Below, piece after piece: positions 10,177 through 21,074 of a stretch of DNA of 64,000 nucleotides (position 1 is the stretch's first letter; each line of letters starts with the position of its first letter). The stretch comes from an uncultured Candidatus Rokubacteria bacterium. GTDB taxonomy: Bacteria > Methylomirabilota > Methylomirabilia > Rokubacteriales > CSP1-6. A program made the translations under genes and the position numbers. Location: positions 416,001 to 480,000 of the forward strand of contig CAVWWD010000005.1 in NCBI GenBank assembly GCA_963758635.1, given 5' to 3'. The notes beneath the pieces are model-generated. The model was given only the letters and a program-made list of their open reading frames with translations. It made no database searches and was not told the origin of the DNA.

Positions 10177-10920
10177 TCACGCGGCGGGATAGAGCACCCT
10201 CACCAGGACGAGCCCGTGCGCGGGCGCCGTGGGCCCGGCCCGGCCACGGTCGCGGCCCTCGAGGACCTCGGCGAGCCAGGGGGCGGGCCGGGCCCCGCGG
10301 CCCACCTCGACCAGGCTGCCGACGACGTTGCGCACCATGTGGTGCAGGAAGGCATCGGCCGAGAGCAGCACGGCCAGACGATCGCGGCGCGCGATCACGC
10401 GGAGCGAGCGCACGGTGCAGATCGGGCTCCGCTCGCGGCCGGGCGCCGCGCAGAAGGCGGAGAAGTCGTGCTTGCCGAGGAGCGCGGGCAGCGCCGTGCG
10501 CATGGAGACGGCGTCCAGCCGGTACGGCGCGTGCCAGGCGTGGCGCCGGAGGAAGGGGTCGGCCACGGCGCCGCGGTCGATCAGGTAGAGGTACCGCTTG
10601 CCCAGCGCGGAGCGGCGCGCGTCGAACCCGTCGGGCGCGAGCCGGGCGTCGACGACGCGGATCGACGCGGGCAGGAGCGCGTTCAGGGCGCGGCCCAGCC
10701 GCGCCGGCTCGAGACGGATCGGGCCGGTGACGCTCGCGACCTGGCGCAGCGCATGGACGCCCGCGTCGGTCCGGCTCGCCCCCACGACCGTGACGGGCGC
10801 GCCGACGATGCGGGCGCACGTGGCGGCGAGGCATCCCTGCACGGTGGGGCGGTCGGGCTGGACCTGCCAGCCGTGAAAGTCGGCGCCCTCGTAAGCCAGC
10901 GTGAGCCGGACGACGGGCAC
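10177..10920 (-). CDS. truA: tRNA pseudouridine(38-40) synthase
   Basis: FHGWQVQ, SRTDAGVHA, GKHDFSAF, FLHHMVR, TAPAHGL. Confidence 0.96.
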   Translation of the reverse strand: MPVVRLTLAYEGADFHGWQVQPDRPTVQGCLAATCARIVGAPVTVVGASRTDAGVHALRQVASVTGPIRLEPARLGRALNALLPASIRVVDARLAPDGFDARRSALGKRYLYLIDRGAVADPFLRRHAWHAPYRLDAVSMRTALPALLGKHDFSAFCAAPGRERSPICTVRSLRVIARRDRLAVLLSADAFLHHMVRNVVGSLVEVGRGARPAPWLAEVLEGRDRGRAGPTAPAHGLVLVRVLYPAA

Positions 10921-11029
10921 CGCGGGCTCAGCCGTTGTGAACGAACGCGGATTTCGGCTTGTCCAAGCGGCCTAACATCGCGCTTCCGCGGACACGCGGC
11001 ATGCCAGCTCGCCGTTCATGGCCGATCGC

Positions 11030-12035
11030 TCAGCGCAGCAGGAGCTCGGCGATCTGGATCCCGTTCAGCGCGGCGCCCTTGCGGAGCTGGTCGCCCACCA
11101 CCCAGAAGTTGAGCGTGTTCGGGTGGGAGAGGTCCTGGCGGATGCGGCCCACGAAGCAGTCGTCCTGGCCCTCGACGACGACCGGCATCGGGTAGCGGCC
11201 CTGGGCCGGATCGTCCCACACGGAGAGGCCCGGGAACGCCGCGAACGCCTCGCGCGCCTCGGCGGGCGACACCGCGCGCTCGGTCTCCGCGTTGACGGCC
11301 ACGGAGTGGGCGGTGAACACGGGCACGCGCACTGTGGTGGGCGACATCGCGAGGTCCGGCAGCTCGAGGATCTTCCGCGCCTCGTTGACCAGCTTCATCT
11401 CCTCGCCGGTGTAGCCGTTGTCGCCGAACGCGTCGATGTGCGGGATCACGTTGAACGCGATCTGGTGCTGGAAGTGCCGTGGCACCGGCCTCTCTCCGCG
11501 CGCCCACGCGAGCGTCTGGCTCCGGAGCTCCTCCACGCCGTTGACGCCCGCCCCCGACACCGCCTGGTAGCTGGTCGCGACCACCCGCCGGAGCCCGCCC
11601 GCCGCGTGGAGCGGCCGGAGCGGCATGACCGTCACGATGGTCGTGCAGTTCGGGCAGGCGATGATGCCGCGATGGCCCGCCACCGCGTGGCCGTTGATCT
11701 CCGGCACCACCAGCGGCACCGACGGGTCCATGCGGAACGCGCTGGACTTGTCGACCACGACCGCGCCCGCCCGCACCGCCACCGGCGCGTACTCGCGCGA
11801 CTGGGCCGACCCGGCCGAGAACAGCGCGATGTCCACGCCGCGGAATGCGTCGGGCCCGATCGCCTCCACCGCGGAGCGTCTCGCCGGCGAACGTGACCGA
11901 CTTGCCCACCGACCGGGCCGAGGCGTAGACGCGCAGCTCGCGCACCGGGAACTTCCGCTCCTCGAGGAGCTTGAGCGTGGTCTGGCCGACCGCGCCCGTC
12001 GCCCCGACCACCGCCACCCGCGCGCCCGCGGCCAC
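11030..12035 (-). CDS. asd: Aspartate-semialdehyde dehydrogenase (frameshift near 11875)
   Basis: VAVVGATGAVG, SSAFRMDP, ACPNCTT, SYQAVSGAG, DQLRKGAALN. Confidence 0.95.
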
Positions 12036-12040
12036 GGTCC

Positions 12041-12122
12041 TAATGACCCTCGCAGAATGCGGTAGCCGGCGACGGACTCTACCGTCCCACCGCTCGGCGT
12101 GAGTCTGATGCGCGGGGCTCAC
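12041..12122 (-). repeat. Dispersed repeat family A, copy 2 (inverted)
   Basis: Minus strand GTGAGCCCCGCGCATCAGACTCACGCCGAGCGGTGGGAC...TACCGCATTCTGCGAGGGTCATTA. Confidence 0.9.
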
Positions 12123-13206
12123 GAGTAGCTCCCTTCCACGCGGCGGACGATCAGGTCGCCCATCTCGGTGGTCCCCACCGACCGCGTGCCCTCGGCGCGG
12201 ATGTCGGCCGTGCGGTATCCCTCCTCGAGCACCTTCAGCACCGCGGCCTCGATGCGGTCCGCGTCGGGGCCCCGGTTCAGCGAGTAGCGCAGGAGCATCG
12301 CGCCGGACAGGATGGCGGCGATGGGATTGGCCATCCCCTTCCCCGCGATGTCCGGCGCGGTGCCGTGGACCGGCTCGTAGAGCCCCACCCGGCCGCCCAG
12401 GCTCGCCGACGGCAGCATGCCCATGGAGCCGGCGAGGATGGCCGCCTCGTCGGACAGGATGTCGCCGAAGGTGTTCTCGGTGACGATCGTGTCGAACTGC
12501 GTGGGCCGGTTGACCAGCGCCATCGCGCAGTTGTCCACCAGCACGTGCTCGACCTCCACCGCCGGGTAGTCGGCGGCGACGCGGGTGACCACGTCCCGCC
12601 AGAGCTGGGACACGACCAGCACGTTGGACTTGTCCACCGAGGCCAGTCGCCGGCGACGCTTCATGGCCACGTCGAAGGCGGCGCGCGCCACCCGCTCGAT
12701 CTCGCGGGTCGTGTAGACCATCGTGTTCACGGCGCGCTCGCCGCCGTCCGCGGACGCCTCGCGGCCGCGCGGCTCGCCGTAGTAGAGGCCGCCGGTCAGC
12801 TCGCGCACCACCATGAGGTCCGTCCCCTCCACCACGGAGCGCTTGAGCGGAGACGCATCCACCAGCATCGGAAAGCAGCGCGCGGGCCGGAGGTTGGCGA
12901 ACAGGTCCAGCTCCTTGCGGATCTTGAGGAGCCCACGCTCCGGCTTCGTCTCCTGCGGCCGGCTATCCCACTTCGGCCCGCCCACCGCCCCGAACAGGAT
13001 GGCGTCGGCCTGCTGGCACAGGCGGAGCGTGGCGTCGGGGAGCGGCCCGCCGGTGGCGTCGATGGCCGCCCCGCCGACAGCCCCGGCTCGAACTCGAAGG
13101 AGACGCCGGTGGCCTTCGCCACCACCTGGAGCACGCGCTGCGCCTGCGGCGTCACTTCCTGGCCGATGCCGTCACCGGCCAGCACGGCGATCCGGTGCGT
13201 GGCCAT
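12119..13206 (-). CDS. leuB: 3-isopropylmalate dehydrogenase (frameshift near 13075)
   Basis: [48 protein letters not shown]. Confidence 0.95.
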
Positions 13207-13211
13207 CTATT

Positions 13212-13280
13212 GGCCCGCGCATCGACTAATCCGAGCGGTGGACTGAGGGCCGTGGCGGTTACCGCATTCTGTGAGGGTCA

Positions 13281-13283
<3 letters not shown>
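13212..13283 (+). repeat. Dispersed repeat family A, copy 3
   Basis: GCCCGCGCATCGACTAATCCGAGCGGTGGACTG...TTACCGCATTCTGTGAGGGTCATCA. Confidence 0.85.
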
Positions 13284-14833
<1,550 letters not shown>

Positions 14834-14863
14834 GTGTCTGTCCTTTCTGTGCGCCGGCTGCCG

Positions 14864-15702
14864 TCAGTGGCGCTGTCCGCCTTGCGTGAGTCCCTTGGCG
14901 GCCCGGTCGGCTCCGCCACGGCCCGCCTCGCGGCGCCGCGCCCACACGGGGCGCGCGGGCCCGCTCAGCACGTAGGCCGAGAAGAGCAGGAACAGGAACC
15001 ATTGCGGATGCGTGGCGACGATGAGCACGGCGAGCACGACGAGGAGGAGGACGCCGACCGGCCGCCGGCGCGGGCGAAGTCGATCTGCTTGAAGCTCAGG
15101 TAGCGGAAGGTCGAGACCATGAGCAGCGCGACGAGGTAGGTGCCGATGGCCACCGCCACCGCCTGCCAGCGCTCGATCTCGTCGCCCGGCGAGCAGGAAC
15201 ACCGTCGAGGCCACGATGCCGGCCGCGGCCGGGGTGGGCAGGCCCACGAAGAAGCGCCGGTCGGTCACGCCGGAGTACACGTTGAAGCGGGCCAGCCGCA
15301 GCGCGCCGCAGATCACGAAGAGGAACGCGGCCAGCCACGCCGCCCGGCCGAGCCGCGCCAGGAACATGCGCGTAGAGCATGAACGCGGGGGCCACGCAGA
15401 ACGAGACCACGTCGGCGAGCGAGTCGAACTCCACGCCGAACTGGGTGGTGGTGTTGGTGAGCCGCGCGACCTTGCCCGTCCAGGATGTCCATGACCATGG
15501 CCACGAAGATGGCCACCGCCGCCTCCACGTAGCGCTCCTGCGCGGTGAGCACCAGGGCGAGGAAGCCGCAGATGAGGTTGCCGGTGGTGAGCAGGCTCGG
15601 AAGCAGGAAGATGCCGCGGCGCCGGTGCTCCCGGAGCTGCTGCAGCCGGCGGCGCGCGCCGCGCGACCCTTCCCCGGGGACGTGTCGCCGCCTCATCGCC
15701 AT
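14864..15702 (-). CDS. pssA: CDP-diacylglycerol--serine O-phosphatidyltransferase (frameshifted)
   Basis: LPSLLTTGNL, DILDG, EFDSLADVVSF, GALRLARFN, FVGLPTPAAA. Confidence 0.9.
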
Positions 15703-15744
15703 GCGGGCTGCCTACGCGCGACGCTCCGTGACCGCGTGTCGGCC

Positions 15745-16417
15745 TCACCGGAGCACCGCCATCACCGACTCGCCTCCTCGCATGCGGTCGCCCACGCCCA
15801 CCTGGATCTGCGCGCCCCGGGGCATCAGCACGTCGGTCCGCGATCCGAACCGGATCATCCCGTACCGCTCCCCCGCCTCCAGGGTGTCGCCGGGACGGAC
15901 GCGGCAGACGATGCGCCGTGCCACCACCCCCGCGATCTGCGTGACCGCGACCCGGCCCGCGTCGCCCTCGAGCGCCACCGTGCAGCGCTCGTTCTCGTCG
16001 GACGCCTCCGGCCGGAAGGCGGCCACGAAGCGGCCGGGCACGTACGTCACGTCCCGCACCACGCCGCCGATGGGCGCGCGGTTCACGTGCACGTCGAGCG
16101 GGGACAGGAAGATCGACAGGCGCACCGCCGGGCCCACCCACGGATCGTCGGTCTCCTGGAAGCCCACCACCCGGCCGTCCGCGGGCGCGAGCACCGCCCC
16201 TCGCACCGCGGGAGGCGTGCGCTCGGGATCGCGGAAGAAACCGGCGCACGCCGCGCCCGCCGCGGCGAAGGCCCAGCGCGGAGCGGCGCCGCCCCATGAC
16301 GGCCAGGATACACGCCGCGCCGAGCGGTACCAGCACGAACGGCCAGCCCTCGCGGGCCAGCGGCAGGCGCGGCCGCTCGCCGCGCCCGCCCGCCACCGTC
16401 GCGTGGCCGCTCGTCAC
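15745..16417 (-). CDS. psd: Phosphatidylserine decarboxylase (frameshifted)
   Basis: [45 protein letters not shown]. Confidence 0.9.
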
Positions 16418-17418
16418 TCCCTCGGCGGCTTGATCCACGACATCATCTTCCGGAGCCGGGCCCCGACCTCCTCGATCTGGTGGTCGGCGTCGCGCTTGCG
16501 CATGGCGAGGAAGCCCGCCCGGTTCGCCTGGTTCTCGAGCACCCACTCCCGCGCGAACTGGCCGGACTGGATCTCGCTGAGGATCTTCTTCATCTCGGCG
16601 CGCGCCCGGTCGTCGATGATGCGCGGGCCGCGCGTGTAGTCGCCGTACTCCGCGGTGTCGGACACCGAGTAGCGCATGTAGGCGAGGCCGCCCTGGTAGA
16701 ACAGGTCGACGATCAGCTTCATCTCGTGCATGCACTCGAAGTACGCCACCTCGGGCTGGTAGCCGGCCTCGACGAGGGTCTCGAAGGCGGCCTTGATCAG
16801 GTGCGAGACGCCACCGCAGAGCGTGGTCTGCTCGCCGAAGAGGTCGGTCTCGGTCTCTTCCTTGAACGTTGTCTCGATCACGCCCGCCCGCGTGCACCCG
16901 ACGCCCTTGCCGTAGGCGAGGGCCATGTCGCGCGCCTTGCCCGAGACGTCCTGATACACCGCGACCAGGCCGGGGACGCCGGGGCCCTGGGTGAAGAGGT
17001 CGCGCATCACGTGGCCGGGGGCCTTGGGCGCGATCATCGACACGTCCACGTCCGGCGTGGGCACCACCTGGTTGAAGTGGATGTTGAAGCCGTGCGCGAA
17101 CATGAGCGTCTTGCCCTTGCCGAGCGCGCCCTTGATCGCGTCCTCGTAGACCTGGCGCTGCGTCTGGTCGGGCAGCAGCATCATGACCACGTCGCCCGCG
17201 TTGGCGGCGTCCGCCACCGGCATCACCTTGAGCCCGTCCTTCTCCGCGCGCGGCCAGCTCTTGGAGCCCTTGTACAGGCCGACGACGACGTCCTGGCCGG
17301 AGTCCTTCAGGTTCAGCGCGTGGGCGTGGCCCTGGCTGCCGTATCCGATGATGGCGACCTTCTTGCCCTTGAGCAGGCCGAGGTCGGCGTCCTGGTCGTA
17401 GTAGATCTTGGCCGGCAT
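16414..17418 (-). CDS. ilvC: Ketol-acid reductoisomerase
   Basis: [34 protein letters not shown]. Confidence 0.98.
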   Translation of the reverse strand: MPAKIYYDQDADLGLLKGKKVAIIGYGSQGHAHALNLKDSGQDVVVGLYKGSKSWPRAEKDGLKVMPVADAANAGDVVMMLLPDQTQRQVYEDAIKGALGKGKTLMFAHGFNIHFNQVVPTPDVDVSMIAPKAPGHVMRDLFTQGPGVPGLVAVYQDVSGKARDMALAYGKGVGCTRAGVIETTFKEETETDLFGEQTTLCGGVSHLIKAAFETLVEAGYQPEVAYFECMHEMKLIVDLFYQGGLAYMRYSVSDTAEYGDYTRGPRIIDDRARAEMKKILSEIQSGQFAREWVLENQANRAGFLAMRKRDADHQIEEVGARLRKMMSWIKPPRE

Positions 17419-17461
17419 GGTCTGTCCCCCGTCTCTCGCGTGAGTGGTGTTCCGTGTCCCG

Positions 17462-18046
17462 TCAGTCTGCGAATCCGACGACCCTGGGGTCGGGCGGCGC
17501 GGCAGCCGCGCGCGGCTTGCCGAGCTTCGGCTCGACCTTGCGCAGGCGCGTCTTCTGGCCGCGCGCGATCGCCACCTTCCCCGTGCGCACGAGCTCCTGG
17601 ATGCCGAACGGGCGCAGGAGCTCCACGATGGCGTCGAGCTTCTGCTCCTCGCCCGTGATCTCGAGCGTATACGTGGTGGGCGTCACGTCCACCACCTTGG
17701 CCCGGAAGATGTCGCCGAGGCGCAGGATCTCGCTCCGCGCCGACGGCTCGGCGTTGATCCGGATCAGCAGCATCTCGCGCTCCACGTGGTCTTCCTCGCT
17801 GAGGTCCGTCACCTTGATGACGTCGATCAGCTTGTGGAGCTGCTTGATCACCTGCTCGATCACGAACGCATCGCCCCGGACGACGAGCGTCATCCGGGAG
17901 ACCGTCGGGTCCGGCGTCTCGCCCACCGACAGGCTCTCGATGTTGTAGCCGCGCGCCGAGAAGAGCCCGGCCACCCGCGACAGCACGCCGAACTTGTTCT
18001 CGACCAGCACGGCGATCGTGTGCTTCCGCTGCTCCTCCTCGCTCAC
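17462..18046 (-). CDS. ilvN: Acetolactate synthase small subunit
   Basis: [25 protein letters not shown] (ACT domain), ELVRTG. Confidence 0.96.
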   Translation of the reverse strand: MSEEEQRKHTIAVLVENKFGVLSRVAGLFSARGYNIESLSVGETPDPTVSRMTLVVRGDAFVIEQVIKQLHKLIDVIKVTDLSEEDHVEREMLLIRINAEPSARSEILRLGDIFRAKVVDVTPTTYTLEITGEEQKLDAIVELLRPFGIQELVRTGKVAIARGQKTRLRKVEPKLGKPRAAAAPPDPRVVGFAD

Positions 18047-18065
18047 CCGGTCCTTCCTTTCCGCC

Positions 18066-19820
18066 CTAGAAGCCCGTCTGTGACTTCATGGCCCGCTCCC
18101 GCACCTCGCGACTGGGTGGCGCGAGGATCATGTCGGTGTTGGCGCCGCCCGCGGGCACCATCGGGAACACGCACTCGTCCTTGTCCACCCAGACGTCGAG
18201 CACCACCGGCCCCGGCGTGGCGATCATGCGCTCGAGCGCCGGCATCACGTCGCTCGGCTTGGTCGCCCGGATGCCCGTGCACCCGTAGGCTTCGGCGAGC
18301 TTCACGAAGTCGGGGCTGCCGTGGAAGTCGATCGCGCAGAAGCGCTCCTTGTAGATGATCCGCTGCCACTGCCGCACCATGCCGTGGCCCGAGTTGTTGA
18401 TGATCACGGTCTTCACGGGCAGGCGCTCCTCGAAGCACGTGGCGAGCTCCTGGCTGTTCATCACGAAGGAGCCGTCGCCGTCGATGTTGATGACCGTGCG
18501 ATCGGGATGGCCGGCCTGCACGCCCATGGCGCACGGCAGGCCGTAGCCCATGGTGCCGAGGCCGCCGGACGTGCACCAGGAGCGCGGGCTGGTGAAGCGG
18601 TAGTACTGGGCCGCCCACATCTGGTGCTGGCCGACGCCGGTGACGATGAGGGCCTCGCCCTTGGTGAGGTTCGAGATCTCCTCGACCACGTGCTGCGGCT
18701 TGATCACGTTGTCGTCCCACTCGTAGCGGAGCGGCTGGTCGCGCTTCCACTCCGCCACCTGCTCCGCCCACTGCCGCCGCGTCTCGCGGAGCACGCCGGC
18801 GGGGTAGCTCTTGAGCTCCTCGCGCACCGCCTCGACCAGGCGCGCGAGCACGCGCTTGCAGTCCCCGACGATCGGGATGTTGACCTTGATGTTCTTCGAG
18901 ATCGACGAGGGGTCGATGTCGATGTGGATGATCTCCGCCTTGGGCGCGAAGGCGTCCACCCGGCCCGTCACCCGGTCGTCGAAGCGCGCGCCCACCGCCA
19001 CCAGCACGTCGGAGTGGTGCACGGCCATGTTCGCGTAGTAGGTGCCGTGCATGCCCAGCATGTCGAGGGACAGCGGATGGGCCATGGGGAAGGCGCCCAG
19101 CCCCATGAGGGTCTGCGTCACCGGCACCTGGGTGAGCTCGGCGAGCTCGCGGAGCTCGGGCGAGGCGTCCGCGGAGATGGCGCCGCCGCCCACGTAGAGC
19201 ACGGGGCGCTTGGCGCGCACCAGCGAGCGCGCGGCCTTCTTGATCTGGCCGGGGTGCCCCTCGTACGTCGGGTTGTACGAGCGCAGGTGCACGCTCTCCG
19301 GGTACTCGAAGGGCCACTCCTTCACGAGCACGTCCTTGGGCAGGTCCACGTGCACGGGCCCGGGGCGGCCGGTGGCGGCGATGTGGAAGGCTTCCTTCAC
19401 GATCCCCGCCAGCTCGGCGCCGTCCTTCACCAGGTAGTTGTGCTTGGTGGCGGAGCGGCTGATGCCGACGTTGTCCGCCTCCTGGAAGGCGTCGTTGCCG
19501 ATGAGGTGCGTTGGCACCTGGCCCGTGAACGCGACGATCGGGATCGAGTCCATCAGCGCGTCCTGCAGCGCCGTCACCAGGTTGGTGGCGGCGGGCCCGG
19601 ACGTGACGATGCAGACCCCGACCTTGCCCGTGGTGCGCGCGTATCCTTCCGCGGCATGCCCGGCCGCGGCTTCCTGGCGGACGAGGATGTGCCGGAGCCC
19701 TTCGAAGTCGTAGAGCGCATCGTAGATGGGAAGGACCGCGCCGCCGGGCAGCCCGAAGACAATGTCCACGCCTTCCCGCTTCAGCGACTCCAGAAGAATC
19801 CGCGCGCCTGACAGTTTCAC
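18066..19820 (-). CDS. ilvB: Acetolactate synthase large subunit
   Basis: FGLPGGAVLP, TSGPAATN, RFDDRVTG, GQHQMW, GDGSF ThDP motif. Confidence 0.97.
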   Translation of the reverse strand: MKLSGARILLESLKREGVDIVFGLPGGAVLPIYDALYDFEGLRHILVRQEAAAGHAAEGYARTTGKVGVCIVTSGPAATNLVTALQDALMDSIPIVAFTGQVPTHLIGNDAFQEADNVGISRSATKHNYLVKDGAELAGIVKEAFHIAATGRPGPVHVDLPKDVLVKEWPFEYPESVHLRSYNPTYEGHPGQIKKAARSLVRAKRPVLYVGGGAISADASPELRELAELTQVPVTQTLMGLGAFPMAHPLSLDMLGMHGTYYANMAVHHSDVLVAVGARFDDRVTGRVDAFAPKAEIIHIDIDPSSISKNIKVNIPIVGDCKRVLARLVEAVREELKSYPAGVLRETRRQWAEQVAEWKRDQPLRYEWDDNVIKPQHVVEEISNLTKGEALIVTGVGQHQMWAAQYYRFTSPRSWCTSGGLGTMGYGLPCAMGVQAGHPDRTVINIDGDGSFVMNSQELATCFEERLPVKTVIINNSGHGMVRQWQRIIYKERFCAIDFHGSPDFVKLAEAYGCTGIRATKPSDVMPALERMIATPGPVVLDVWVDKDECVFPMVPAGGANTDMILAPPSREVRERAMKSQTGF

Positions 19821-19864
19821 CGCAAGGCCTCCTTCATGCGAGATCTCTTGTCTTCACTTCAAAA

Positions 19865-19956
19865 GCGACCCGCGTGTGCTCGGTCGCTGCGACCCCCTGT
19901 AGTTGTTTCCACTGCATTTCCATATACGCTCGGCTCGCCTTCGGCTCACCTCGCAA
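19865..19956 (-). repeat. Dispersed repeat family B, copy 2 (ilvB leader)
   Basis: ~90-bp match to 20982-21074; core matches 3028-3079. Confidence 0.88.
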
Positions 19957-20013
19957 GAGCCACTGCCCCGGACAACCCGCGTGGCTCATCCCCGATCGAA
20001 GCGCTCGGTCCGC

Positions 20014-20898
20014 TCAAAGTAGACCTGCCGATGCCAAAGCCTCCTTGATGTCTTCGATGGCGTCGCCGTCCGGCGTTCCGAGGGGGGCGCGGCAGGGGCC
20101 GCCGTAGAAGCCCTGGAGGTCCAGGGCGGCCTTGAGGCCGCCGATGCCGTGACGGGCGACGACGCCGCGATCGGCCAGCATCATGCGGGCGGCGACCTCC
20201 TTCGCCTCCTCCCAGCGGTTGTCGCGCGCCAGCGCGTAGACCTGGCAGAACTCGCGCGCCGCGATGGCGGCGAGCCCGAGGATCCCCCCGGACGTGCCGA
20301 TGGCGAGCCCGGGCAGGAGCGCCGCCGCCGACCCCACGAGCACGTGGAAGCTTTTCGGGGTGAGGTGGATGGTCTGCGCCGTCTGCGGGATGTTCCCCGA
20401 CGAGTCCTTGATCCCGCACACGTTCGGGTGCTCGGCGATGCGGGCCACGGTGTCCGGCTCGAGGTTGATGCCCGTGTTCACCGGGACGTTCTCGATCATG
20501 ACCGGGATCGGCGACACCTCGGCGACGGCGAGGAAGTGCCGCACCTGCGCCGCGGGGCCGAACCCGCGGGTGAAGTAGTGCGGCGTGATCACGAGGGCCG
20601 CGTCGGCGCCGATCTCCGCCGCGCGCCTCGTCTGCCGGATCGTGAGGAGCGTGGAGTCGTGGCCGGTGCCCGCGATCATGACCCGATGGGGCGGGATGGC
20701 CTGACGCGCCGCCACCAGCACGGCGTCGCGCTCGGCCTCCGAGAGCATCGGGAACTCGCCCGTGGAGCCCAGGGCCACGTACCCGGCGAGCGGCGCGTCG
20801 TTCCAGCGCGCGATGTTGGCGCGGAGGCCGCCGACGGCGATCCCGTCGCCGCGGAAGGGCGTGGGGACGGGGATGAAGACGCCGGCGAGCTCACGCAT
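20014..20898 (-). CDS. DapA/HOGA-family class I aldolase
   Basis: GSTGEF and GIKDSSG (Schiff-base Lys) present; canonical YN reads EN. Confidence 0.85.
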   Translation of the reverse strand: MRELAGVFIPVPTPFRGDGIAVGGLRANIARWNDAPLAGYVALGSTGEFPMLSEAERDAVLVAARQAIPPHRVMIAGTGHDSTLLTIRQTRRAAEIGADAALVITPHYFTRGFGPAAQVRHFLAVAEVSPIPVMIENVPVNTGINLEPDTVARIAEHPNVCGIKDSSGNIPQTAQTIHLTPKSFHVLVGSAAALLPGLAIGTSGGILGLAAIAAREFCQVYALARDNRWEEAKEVAARMMLADRGVVARHGIGGLKAALDLQGFYGGPCRAPLGTPDGDAIEDIKEALASAGLL

Positions 20899-20981
20899 GG
20901 CGGCGGGTCTCCCCGTTGGCGGGTTGCCCGCGAGTCTGTGCAGTCTTGCGAGCTGGCGACTTCTTGCGAGTCGCGGCTCTT

Positions 20982-21074
20982 GCGAGCCGCGATTTCTCGG
21001 TCGCGGCGGCCCCCTGGGGTTGTTTCCACTTCATTTCCATATGCGCTCGGCTCGCCTTCGGCTCAGCCTCGCAA
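20982..21074 (-). repeat. Dispersed repeat family B, copy 3 (overlaps ppdK stop)
   Basis: Minus strand TTGCGAGGCTGAGCCGAAGGCGAGCCGAGCGCATATGGAAATGAAGTGGAAACAAC...GCGACCGAG. Confidence 0.88.
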
